64,000 nucleotides of DNA from Gemmatimonadales bacterium. Its GTDB lineage: Bacteria > Gemmatimonadota > Gemmatimonadetes > Gemmatimonadales > GWC2-71-9. The stretch spans positions 10,035-74,034 of the forward strand of contig JBKJMX010000028.1 in NCBI GenBank assembly GCA_046596135.1. The letters run 5' to 3'. The notes under the pieces were generated by a model that made no database searches, was not told the DNA's origin, and saw only the letters and a program-made list of their open reading frames with translations. Made by a program: the position numbers and the translations under genes. Positions 43,569 to 52,148 of the stretch are shown piece by piece. How positions within the stretch are numbered: the first letter of the stretch is position 1; every line of letters starts with the position of its first letter.

Positions 43569-45674
43569 GTGCGTCTGAATTCGCGCATAGCCGGGTGCCT
43601 TGCGCTCGCATCGCTGGCGTCGAGTCCTGCAGCGGTTCCGGGCGACCGCTGCGCCGAACCGCTGCCCGATTCCGCGAGTCCTGATCTCTACTGCATCCAT
43701 CTCATCGCGGCACCGGGGGTCGATTCGGTCGCCGGGCACGTGGTGCTCGATTTCGTACCCGGTCCGTTCACGATCAGCGTGACGCGCGACGGCGTGCAGC
43801 GCTATCAACCGACAATCGTGATCGCCGGACTGCCACGACCGTCGGTGCTGGATCCGGCCGCGACCACCTATGTGGCTTGGGTGACCACACCCCGCTACGC
43901 CGAGTTCGTGAATCTCGGTGCGATCACGAATGGCGTGACGGTGCTCGCGCCCGTGGAGTTCGACCAGTTCGTGATTGTCGTGAGTGCGGAGGCCTCACCG
44001 GACGTGCGGGAGCGCACGGGGCGGATCGTGCTGCGGGGCGGCAGCCCCAGCACGCGGCTCCAGCCGCCCGACATCCAGCAGTTCGCGCTGGCGGTCACCG
44101 GTGCGGCCGACACGATGACAGGGCACCACCACGCCGCCGCCACACCTGGTGCACCACTCCGATGGATCGGGGTGCCGATGCCAACCGGTATCGCGATGCT
44201 CCCCTCGGAGATGGCACTTCGCCCGCCCGTCGCCCCAATGCTTCCCGCGCCGGCAGCATTGCCGGTCACGTCGCGACGTCCGACGCTGGTGCGTCTCGCG
44301 AGCGGCGACACGCTGTTGCTGGTTGCGGGTCGGGTGCAGCGGCGGATTCACGGCCGCGAATACACGATGTATGCCTTCAACGGCGAATCGCCGGGTCCGT
44401 TGCTATCAGTCGCGCGCGGCGCACGGGTGACCGTGCAGTTCACCAACGCGCTCGATGTGCCCACGACGGTGCACTGGCACGGCCTGCGCCTCGACTGGCG
44501 GATGGATGGCGTGCCGCACCTGTCACAGGAGCCGGTCCCGCCCGGTGGGCACTTCACCTACACCCTCACCTTCCCCGATGACGGCGTGTACTGGTACCAC
44601 CCCCATGTGCGCGAGGACATGCAGCAGGATCTCGGCCTCGCGGGCAACATTCTGGTACGGTCTGCCCCGGCCACGGGGCGCGAGGAGATCGTGATGCTCG
44701 ACGATCTGCTCGTGGGTGAGGACGGGTTGGTCCCGTTCGGTGCCGAACACGCGACACACGCACTGATGGGGCGATTCGGCAACGTCTTCCTCGTCAATGG
44801 CGAGCCCCGGTGGGCCGGCTCGGCTCGGGCCGGGGAGACGGTCCGGTTCTGGTTCACCAACGCCGCCAACACCCGCACCTTCAACCTTTCCTTCACCAAT
44901 GCGACGATGCGGCTGGTGGCATCCGATCTCGGGACGTATGATCAACCGGTGCCGGTGGAGAGCGTCGTGATCGCGCCCGCCGAGCGATATGCGGTGGACG
45001 TCACGTTCAGTGGCGGGGTGGCAGTGGTGGAGAATCGGGTGCGGGCGCTCGACCATGTCTTCGGACGGTTCATCCCCCAGGTCGACACGCTGGGTGTGGT
45101 GCAGGTGGGTGGGACAGCGCGCGCGGTAGCGCCGGTATCGCGATCGACGGCAACGGTTCCGCTCACCGTGCCGCCGGGCGAACCCGACCTCACATTGGCG
45201 TTCGGTGTGCGTATGACCGACCTCCCGTATGTGACTTCCCGCATGATGCTCCTTGATTCAGCGTACTTTCATCCGGTCGAGTGGAGCGGCACGATGGTCG
45301 GGATGAACTGGGCGACCACCAGCTCGCAGGCGCACTGGTTCGTCCGAGACGTCGCAAGCGGCCGCGAGAACGAGGCAATCGACTACCGGGTCCGGCAGGG
45401 CGACCGCCGTCGCCTCCGACTGGTGAACCAGCGTGGGTCGGTGCACGCGATGCACCACCCGATCCACCTGCACGGCCAGCGATTCATGGTCCTGTCGGTC
45501 AACGGTGTCGCACCGGCCGCACGGGTGTGGAAGGACACCATACTCCTTCCCGCTGGCGCCGTCGCCGACATTCTCGTGGAGTTCGACAATCCCGGTCGCT
45601 GGATGCTGCACTGCCACATCGCCGAACACGTTGAAAGCGGCATGATGACCACCCTCACTGTGGAGTCTCGATGA
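43569..45674 (+). CDS. Multicopper oxidase with an N-terminal extension of about 230 aa of unknown function
   Basis: Copper-binding motifs VHWHGLRL, VYWYHPHV, HPIHLHGQRF and HCHIAEHVESGMM. Signal-peptide-like N-terminus. GTG start. Confidence 0.85.
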   Translation: MRLNSRIAGCLALASLASSPAAVPGDRCAEPLPDSASPDLYCIHLIAAPGVDSVAGHVVLDFVPGPFTISVTRDGVQRYQPTIVIAGLPRPSVLDPAATTYVAWVTTPRYAEFVNLGAITNGVTVLAPVEFDQFVIVVSAEASPDVRERTGRIVLRGGSPSTRLQPPDIQQFALAVTGAADTMTGHHHAAATPGAPLRWIGVPMPTGIAMLPSEMALRPPVAPMLPAPAALPVTSRRPTLVRLASGDTLLLVAGRVQRRIHGREYTMYAFNGESPGPLLSVARGARVTVQFTNALDVPTTVHWHGLRLDWRMDGVPHLSQEPVPPGGHFTYTLTFPDDGVYWYHPHVREDMQQDLGLAGNILVRSAPATGREEIVMLDDLLVGEDGLVPFGAEHATHALMGRFGNVFLVNGEPRWAGSARAGETVRFWFTNAANTRTFNLSFTNATMRLVASDLGTYDQPVPVESVVIAPAERYAVDVTFSGGVAVVENRVRALDHVFGRFIPQVDTLGVVQVGGTARAVAPVSRSTATVPLTVPPGEPDLTLAFGVRMTDLPYVTSRMMLLDSAYFHPVEWSGTMVGMNWATTSSQAHWFVRDVASGRENEAIDYRVRQGDRRRLRLVNQRGSVHAMHHPIHLHGQRFMVLSVNGVAPAARVWKDTILLPAGAVADILVEFDNPGRWMLHCHIAEHVESGMMTTLTVESR

Positions 45675-47101
45675 AACTCGCTCTGGTTCCCGCGCTGGTA
45701 CTGTGCATGGCCGGATCGCTCGCCGGGCAGGCGGCCTCGTCGCTGTCGCCGGGCGTGCGGCGCTTCGTGTCGGTGGGCGAGCCCGTGGTGGCACTCACCA
45801 ATGTGACCGTGCTCGACGGAACCGGGGCGGCGGCGCGGATCGGCCAGACGGTGGTGATCGCCAACGGAAAGATCGCCGCGGTTGGTCCGACGGGGCGCAC
45901 CACGGTGCCAGCGGGAGCCCGCGTGATGGACCTGCCCGGTCACACCGTGATCCCGGGGATCGTGGGTGCGCACAACCACCTCTTCTACACGGCCGCAGGC
46001 GGCCGACGCGTGCAGGCGAGTTTCACCGCGCCGCGTCTCTACCTCGCGTCGGGTGTCACGACTGTGCGCACCACCGGGAGCAACAGCGCGTACGCCGACA
46101 TCAACCTGAAGGCGGCGGTGGAAGCCGGTGAGCAGGTCGGCCCGCGCATCCACATCACGGCGCCCTACATGACCGGCACCGACGGTGCGGGTTACATGAC
46201 AGCCATCGGCTCACCCGAGCAGGCCCGCCGGTTCGTGAATTACTGGGGCGACGAAGGCGCCACCTGGCTCAAGTCGTACACCGAGATCCGCAGTGCCGAC
46301 CTCAAGGCCGCCATCGACGCGGCGCACGCCCGGGGCATGAAGGTGACGGGCCACATCTGCTCCGTCTCGTTCCAGGAAGCGGTGGCACTCGGCATCGACA
46401 ATCTGGAGCACGGATTGTTCACGGCGAGTGACTTCGCACCAGGCAAGAAGGCCGACAACTGCCCGACCAACATCCTCGCCACCGCCACGGCGCGCGAGAA
46501 TGCAAATCCCGACGCGACGGCGTGGAACGCTACCATCAAGGCGATGGTCGATCACAAGGTGTCGATGACTTCCACGCTCGCGATCTACGAAACCATCTTC
46601 CCCGGTCGCGCTCCGCTCGATGAGCGCACCTCCACCGCCATGGCACCCGAGGTACGAGAAGCCTATCTGGCGCAGCGGAAGCAGATCGACGAGAACCCCA
46701 ATCCGGCACTTACCGACGCCCGCCTCAAGACGGCGATGGCGTTCGAGCGGGCGTTCGTGGCCGCCGGTGGCCTGCTGGCCGCGGGCGTGGACCCGACTGG
46801 GATCGGCGGCGCCCTGCCGGGGTTCGGCGACCAGCGCAATTACGACCTGCTGATTGAAGCGGGCTTCTCCCCTCCGGTCGCACTGCAGATCATGACGCTC
46901 AACGGCGCCCGGGTGCTGGGGATCGACAAGGATCTTGGAACGGTCGCCGTGGGGAAGCTCGCCGATCTCGTGGTCATCAAGGGCGACATCGTGAAAGAAC
47001 CGCGGCAGATCAAGAACACGGTGGTGGTGTTCAAGGATGGCGTCGGGTATGATCCAAACTTGCTGATCGAATCGGTCAAGGGCCGCGTCGGGATCAACTG
47101 A
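45671..47101 (+). CDS. Amidohydrolase-family metallo-hydrolase (secreted)
   Basis: Signal peptide, then TNVTVLDGTG...VVIANGKIAAVG...GHTVIPGIVGAHNHL, which is typical of the amidohydrolase superfamily. ATGA overlap with the upstream gene. Confidence 0.85.
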   Translation: MKLALVPALVLCMAGSLAGQAASSLSPGVRRFVSVGEPVVALTNVTVLDGTGAAARIGQTVVIANGKIAAVGPTGRTTVPAGARVMDLPGHTVIPGIVGAHNHLFYTAAGGRRVQASFTAPRLYLASGVTTVRTTGSNSAYADINLKAAVEAGEQVGPRIHITAPYMTGTDGAGYMTAIGSPEQARRFVNYWGDEGATWLKSYTEIRSADLKAAIDAAHARGMKVTGHICSVSFQEAVALGIDNLEHGLFTASDFAPGKKADNCPTNILATATARENANPDATAWNATIKAMVDHKVSMTSTLAIYETIFPGRAPLDERTSTAMAPEVREAYLAQRKQIDENPNPALTDARLKTAMAFERAFVAAGGLLAAGVDPTGIGGALPGFGDQRNYDLLIEAGFSPPVALQIMTLNGARVLGIDKDLGTVAVGKLADLVVIKGDIVKEPRQIKNTVVVFKDGVGYDPNLLIESVKGRVGIN

Positions 47102-47112
47102 ACAACCTCATC

Positions 47113-47652
47113 ATGGAAGGAATCATGCGCACCACGACTACACTCGCACTACTCGCACTCGTTGCTGCTACGCCTCTCGCCGCCCAGGAGCACGAGATGA
47201 TGGGCGGCGGGTTCGCCGACGTCAAGCCGCTGCACTCCCAGTTCCTGGGGTGGGTGACCGCTGCCGCCGAGCAGATGCCTGAAGCCGATTACGCCTACCG
47301 TCCGACGGCGGGGGTGCGCAGCTTCGGTGAACTGGTCGGGCACGTCGCCGGGGCCAACTACACCTTTTGCTCCGCGGCCAAGTCGGAGGACAACCCGTCG
47401 AAAGTCGATTTCGAGAAGGTGACGGGCAAGGCGGCGCTCGTCGCGGCGATCAAGGGCGCCATGGCCTATTGCGAAACGGCGTATGCGATGCCGCACGGCA
47501 AGGAGCACGACCAGGTCGACCTGTTCGGGATGAAGGGGAGCCGTCTCTGGGCGCTCACGTTCAACATCACGCACAACGCCGAGCACTACGGCAACATCGT
47601 CACGTACATGCGTATGAAGGGGATGACGCCGCCGTCCAGCCAGGGGAGCTGA
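47113..47652 (+). CDS. DinB-family (four-helix-bundle metalloenzyme-like) protein with a signal peptide
   Basis: FGELVGHVAGANYTF and ITHNAEHYGNIVTYMRMKG (the DinB His triad pattern). Confidence 0.8.
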   Translation: MEGIMRTTTTLALLALVAATPLAAQEHEMMGGGFADVKPLHSQFLGWVTAAAEQMPEADYAYRPTAGVRSFGELVGHVAGANYTFCSAAKSEDNPSKVDFEKVTGKAALVAAIKGAMAYCETAYAMPHGKEHDQVDLFGMKGSRLWALTFNITHNAEHYGNIVTYMRMKGMTPPSSQGS

Positions 47653-47674
47653 TTTTCGGCTGACCCATTCATGA

Positions 47675-47707
47675 GCGGGTGGCTTGCGCGAAGCGCGAGC
47701 CACCCGC
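47675..47707 (+). other. Strong GC hairpin between dinB-like and yfcC-like genes
   Basis: GCGGGTGGCT-tgcgcgaagcgcg-AGCCACCCGC is a perfect 10-bp stem, and the loop is itself self-complementary (GCGC-gaa-GCGC). There is no U-tract. Confidence 0.4.
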
Positions 47708-47741
47708 GCTGCATCACCCACCTGTTGCACCAGGAGCGTCC

Positions 47742-49082
47742 GTGTCCCGGTTCCGGCTCCCGCATCCTTACATCCTTCTCCTCATCGGCGTCGCGCTGGC
47801 CGCCGCACTCACCTGGGTACTCCCCGCTGGGGAGTACGCCCGACACCTCGATGCCGCGACCGGCCGCACGGTGGTCATCCCGGGAACGTATCAAGCGGTG
47901 GACGCGCAGGGCGTTGGTCCCTTCCGGGCTGCTGTTGCAATCGCGCAGGGCTTTGTCGAGGGGGCGGAGATCGTCATCGCGATTCTGCTCGTGGGCGGTG
48001 CATGGGTGGTGGTGGAACGGCTCGGGACGCTGGAGCGCGGAATCAGCGTATTTGTGACCCGACTCGGCGGTCGCGTCATGATCGCGATTCCACTGGTGAT
48101 CGTCCTGTTCGCGGCCCTGGGCGCGATCGAAAACATGCAGGAGGAGATCATACCGCTCATCCCTGTCCTGCTCATTCTAGGCCTGCGGCTGGGCGTGGAT
48201 CCGGTGACAGTGGTGGCGATGAGCGCCGGTGCGGCAATTGTCGGGAGCGCGTTCGGTCCGACCAACCCGTTCCAGGCAGGCATCGCGCTCAAGCTCGCCG
48301 AGTTGCCGCTGCTGTCGGGCGCGGCGATCCGACTCGGCATGCTCGGCGTGGGGGTCGTCGTGTGGACGGGGTGGACGCTGCGGCATGCGACGCGGCATCG
48401 CGTGGTGCCAGTTTTGACCGGGGATCCTGGCTCCGCAGCGTTCACCGGGCGCGACGCGCTGATCCTGTCATTCATGGTCCTCCCGCTTGCCGCCTACGTC
48501 TACGGGGCGCTGGCACTGGGTTGGGGATTCAACGAACTCTCCGGGGCGTTTTTCATCGGTGCGATCGCTGCCGGCCTGGTCGGCGGACTGGGCGTCGATG
48601 GCACGATACGGAACTATGTCGAGGGGATGCAGGCGTTGCTCCCGGCGGCTATGCTCGTGGCGGCGGCACGCAGCATTTCAGTGGTGCTGGCCGACGGCAA
48701 GGTGATCGACACGATCCTCAACGGGCTCGCAACGCCCCTCGCATCGGCGCCGCCAACGGCTGCCGCGCTCCTGATGGTGCCGTTTCACACCATCCTCCAC
48801 GTCCCGGTATCGAGCGTGAGCGGACAGGCAGCGCTCACGATGCCGATCATGGCGCCGCTCGCTGATCTCATTGGACTATCTCGACAGGTGGCCGTGCTGG
48901 CCTACCAGACAGGTGCCGGGTTGTGCGACATGATCACGCCGACGAACGGGGCGCTGCTCGCGGTGCTCCTGGCCGCAGACGTGCCGCTGCAGCGCTGGCT
49001 ACGGTTTGCGATCGGAGGATGGGTGCTGATGACGCTGGTCGGGGTCGCAGGAATCCTCGCTGCCATTGCCCTCGGAGCCTGA
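47742..49082 (+). CDS. YfcC/C4-dicarboxylate-anaerobic-carrier-like membrane transporter
   Basis: The N-terminus FRLPHPYILLLIGVALAAALTWVLPAGEY is typical of the YfcC family, and the protein is polytopic. GTG 47742 has AGGAG 5 nt upstream. Confidence 0.8.
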   Translation: MSRFRLPHPYILLLIGVALAAALTWVLPAGEYARHLDAATGRTVVIPGTYQAVDAQGVGPFRAAVAIAQGFVEGAEIVIAILLVGGAWVVVERLGTLERGISVFVTRLGGRVMIAIPLVIVLFAALGAIENMQEEIIPLIPVLLILGLRLGVDPVTVVAMSAGAAIVGSAFGPTNPFQAGIALKLAELPLLSGAAIRLGMLGVGVVVWTGWTLRHATRHRVVPVLTGDPGSAAFTGRDALILSFMVLPLAAYVYGALALGWGFNELSGAFFIGAIAAGLVGGLGVDGTIRNYVEGMQALLPAAMLVAAARSISVVLADGKVIDTILNGLATPLASAPPTAAALLMVPFHTILHVPVSSVSGQAALTMPIMAPLADLIGLSRQVAVLAYQTGAGLCDMITPTNGALLAVLLAADVPLQRWLRFAIGGWVLMTLVGVAGILAAIALGA

Positions 49083-50159
49083 ATGATCTTCTCGTTCGAT
49101 GCCGACATCACGCGGGCCACCACTATTCCATCACGCCTCTACACCGATCCGGTGTACCAGGCGCTCGAGGACGAGCGGATCTTCGGCCGGACGTGGCAAC
49201 TGGTCGGTCGCACCGATCAGGTTGCAGAACACGGCCAGTTCTTCACCGCGGAAGTCGCCGGTGAATCCGTGGTAGTTCTCCGCGACGGCGACACTCTGCG
49301 CGCGTTTCACAACATCTGCCTGCACCGCGCCGGCCCGGTGGCGTCCGGATGCGGCGTCCGCAAGTCACTGCAGTGCCGCTATCATGGCTGGACCTACCGG
49401 CTCGATGGCACGTTGATGCGCGCACCCGAAATGGAAAAGTCGGCTGGATTCCGTCCGGAGGAGATGCACCTGCTTCCGGTACAGGTGGCGACCTGGGGCC
49501 CGCTGGTGCTCGCCAACCTCGACCTCAAGGCGCCGCCGCTGGCCGCGTTCTGGGATGGCATCGACGTGAGAACTGCGTCGTTCGAGCCGCACGCGATGCG
49601 CCATGTGATGCGCAAGTCGTGGACAGTCGAGTGCAACTGGAAAGTGTACATCGACAACTATCTCGAGGGATATCACCTCCCGATGGTGCACCCTGGCCTG
49701 CATCGCGAGCTCGACTATGCGGAGTACCGGGTCGAACCGCACCGCTATTGGTCGCTGCAGCACGCTCCGCTCCGCCCAGTGGACCAGGCCTCCGAGGATC
49801 GCCGGTACGTGGCCACCGAGGCATCGCGCGACGCGCAGTACTACTGGCTCTTCCCCAACATGATGCTCAACGTCTACCAAGGCCAGATGCAGACCAATCT
49901 CGTGATTCCCAGGGGGGTGGATCGGTGCGAGGTGGTGTTCGAATGGTTCGCTGCCAATCCGCCGGCGAATCCGGCAACTGATCGGGACTGGTCGAGGTTG
50001 GTGGCATTCAGCGACGAGATCCAGGACGAAGACATCGCCATCTGTGAGACGGTGCAGCACAACTTGCGCTCGCGGGCATACGATCGGGGCCGGTACTCAC
50101 CCACCCGCGAGAACGGTGTTCACCATTTTCACGGCTTGCTGCACGAATTTCTCACCTGA
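49083..50159 (+). CDS. Rieske [2Fe-2S] non-heme iron oxygenase alpha subunit (choline-monooxygenase-like subgroup)
   Basis: Rieske motif CLHRAGP...CRYHGWTY and the mononuclear iron region DNYLEGYHLPMVHP. TGAATG junction with the upstream gene. Confidence 0.9.
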   Translation: MIFSFDADITRATTIPSRLYTDPVYQALEDERIFGRTWQLVGRTDQVAEHGQFFTAEVAGESVVVLRDGDTLRAFHNICLHRAGPVASGCGVRKSLQCRYHGWTYRLDGTLMRAPEMEKSAGFRPEEMHLLPVQVATWGPLVLANLDLKAPPLAAFWDGIDVRTASFEPHAMRHVMRKSWTVECNWKVYIDNYLEGYHLPMVHPGLHRELDYAEYRVEPHRYWSLQHAPLRPVDQASEDRRYVATEASRDAQYYWLFPNMMLNVYQGQMQTNLVIPRGVDRCEVVFEWFAANPPANPATDRDWSRLVAFSDEIQDEDIAICETVQHNLRSRAYDRGRYSPTRENGVHHFHGLLHEFLT

Positions 50160-50222
50160 CTGCCGGTCGTATCGTGTGGGCATCACCCCGCTGGGTCGTC
50201 ACCCCCCAACACTGGAGGGTAC

Positions 50223-51404
50223 ATGAGTGATGTCGTGGATGATGCGGCGCGGGAGCAGGCAGAACAGCGCCGGCAGTCGCAGAAAATGGAAGCAATGGGC
50301 CGGCTGGCAGGCGGCATTGCGCATGACTTCAACAACATTCTGGGAATGATCATCGGTTTCACGGAGCTGGCGCGGTCGTCGGCGCGCGAGAGCGCGCCGG
50401 GCGTCGTGACCGACCTCGACGAGGTGCTGCGCGCGGCCGAGCGTGGGAAGGAACTGGTGGAGCGGATCCTCCGCTTTTCCCGCCGTGAGCAGGTCATGCC
50501 CGAGGCGATCCATCTCGACGCTGTGGTGGCTGATGCGGTTCGGCTCCTGCGCGCCACGATCCCGGCGAGCATCGATATCCGGCTGCGTCACGAGGGATAC
50601 CTCCCGCCGGTGGTGGGCAATGCCACCGGGGTGCATCACCTCATGATGAACCTGGCGAACAATGCGGTGCATGCGATGCCGCAAGGTGGCACGCTCGAGG
50701 TGGCGCTCGAGTCGTTCGCGGCTGATGACGCGTTTGTCCGGGCACATCCGGAGATCCAGCAGGGGTCGTTTGTCCTGCTGGCCGTCCGTGACGACGGGCA
50801 CGGGATGGACGTGGCCACGCGCCAGCGCGCCATCGAGCCGTTCTTCACCACAAAGGCGTCGGAGCGCGGCACCGGTCTTGGGCTTTCGATGGCTCACGGC
50901 GTGGTGCGCGAGCAAGGCGGGACGATGTGGCTCGACAGCGAGCCTGGGTTGGGGACCACGGTTTACTGCCTTTTCCCGGTATCGGGCGCCCAGACGGACC
51001 TTCGTCTCGATCTGTACACGACGTCGCCGGAACCGCGCAAAACCGTGATGCTGGTGGACGATGAACCCTCGCTCATCCGTCTCGGTGAGCGGAGGATGAA
51101 GGATCTCGGATACGAGGTCGTCGGGTTTACCGAACCCCACGTCGCGCTGGAGGTGTTTCGGGAGCGCGGAGGGAGCATCGACCTCGTGATCACCGATTAT
51201 TCCATGCCGCGAATGAACGGCATCGAGCTCGCCCGCGAGTTCCACCGTCAGCGGCCAGAGGTGCCGATCCTGCTGCTCACCGGATACGTCGAAGACTTTC
51301 CGCTGTCGGCGCTCGAGGCCTCCGGGATCCGGAGGGTCCTCATGAAGCCGATCACGGTGGCAGCACTGTCCGATGCGATACAGGGGGCGCTGGCACAGCG
51401 TTGA
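50223..51404 (+). CDS. Hybrid histidine kinase (HisKA-HATPase-REC) with no recognisable sensor domain
   Basis: The H-box GGIAHDFNNIL is only about 30 aa from the N-terminus. N/G boxes are NLANNAVHAM, DDGHGMD and GTGLGLS. The C-terminal REC domain reads VMLVDDE...VITDYSMPRMNG. Confidence 0.9.
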   Translation: MSDVVDDAAREQAEQRRQSQKMEAMGRLAGGIAHDFNNILGMIIGFTELARSSARESAPGVVTDLDEVLRAAERGKELVERILRFSRREQVMPEAIHLDAVVADAVRLLRATIPASIDIRLRHEGYLPPVVGNATGVHHLMMNLANNAVHAMPQGGTLEVALESFAADDAFVRAHPEIQQGSFVLLAVRDDGHGMDVATRQRAIEPFFTTKASERGTGLGLSMAHGVVREQGGTMWLDSEPGLGTTVYCLFPVSGAQTDLRLDLYTTSPEPRKTVMLVDDEPSLIRLGERRMKDLGYEVVGFTEPHVALEVFRERGGSIDLVITDYSMPRMNGIELAREFHRQRPEVPILLLTGYVEDFPLSALEASGIRRVLMKPITVAALSDAIQGALAQR

Positions 51405-51425
51405 CGCTAGCCGGTGCAGCCCGAC

Positions 51426-51474
51426 AAAAACCTGCGGGGAGTAGCGCACCTGCGCTGCTCCCCGCAGGTTCTTT
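51426..51474. terminator. Bidirectional intrinsic terminator between convergent genes
   Basis: A perfect 13-bp inverted repeat AACCTGCGGGGAG (51429-51441) / CTCCCCGCAGGTT (51458-51470), with an inner AGCGCA/TGCGCT pairing. It is flanked by an A-run upstream and TTCTTT downstream. Confidence 0.7.
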
Positions 51475-51487
51475 CATGCCGGTTGAG

Positions 51488-51745
51488 TCAGTGTGCCCGG
51501 CGAGGACGGAGCGCGCGCAGGATCACCAGCAGCACCACCGCACCGATGAATGCCACAAAGATGACGCCGGCCAATCCGCCGAACGGCGACGCTACGCCGA
51601 GCGCCGAGAACAGCCAGCCGCCCAATACGGCGCCGACGACGCCGACGATGATGTCACCGATGAGACCGTAGCCGATGCCACCCATCACGAACGATGCGAG
51701 TACGCCTGCAACGAGACCCACGATGATCCAGGTCAGGAGGTCCAT
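51488..51745 (-). CDS. GlsB/YeaQ/YmgE-family (transglycosylase-associated) small membrane protein
   Basis: The 85-aa sequence MDLLTWIIVGLVAGVLASFVMGG...GDIIVGVVGAVLGGWLF is typical of the family. Confidence 0.85.
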   Translation of the reverse strand: MDLLTWIIVGLVAGVLASFVMGGIGYGLIGDIIVGVVGAVLGGWLFSALGVASPFGGLAGVIFVAFIGAVVLLVILRALRPRRAH

Positions 51746-51746
51746 T

Positions 51747-52043
51747 TCAGCCCACCAGGAGAATCAGGATGATGATGCCGAGCAGGAGCGTCACGACCGG
51801 AATCGTCACTGAGTTACGGGCGGCGGCGTTGACTTCACGCCCCTCGGACTGACCCGGAAGGAGAACCGGTGCGGCGGCCTCCCAGCGGGGAGCAAGGCGC
51901 GGACCAGCGGGCGGTGTCGCCTCTTGGGCCGGGGCGACGGCGGCGACGGTCGCGGACTGTGCGGCTGCCGGTGCGGCTGCCAGCGTCAGGGCGCCGAGGG
52001 TCAGGCTAGCCAAGGTTGCTGCGTTGCGGAACATGGTCATGTT
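51747..52043 (-). CDS. Small exported protein with a C-terminal TM anchor, unknown function
   Basis: GGAGG lies 8 nt upstream of ATG 52043. There is a signal peptide (ATLASLTLGALTLAAAPAAAQ) and a C-terminal hydrophobic helix. The stop is 1 nt from the next start. Confidence 0.5.
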   Translation of the reverse strand, partial: NMTMFRNAATLASLTLGALTLAAAPAAAQSATVAAVAPAQEATPPAGPRLAPRWEAAAPVLLPGQSEGREVNAAARNSVTIPVVTLLLGIIILILLVG

Positions 52044-52148
52044 GAATTCACCTCCGAGTGTGGAGCGCCGCCTTCCAGGCAGCGCATGCCGGTCATGCCG
52101 ACACGGTAAATGACGACCGTCCACCTCCCCGGAGGCACAGACGGGGTG

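Noticed and set aside
39778-43808. Minus-strand ORFs of 361, 320 and 419 aa opposite fadB, the membrane protein gene and the GNAT-REC/MCO genes.
   Set aside because: They have no motifs and are typical high-GC antisense frames.
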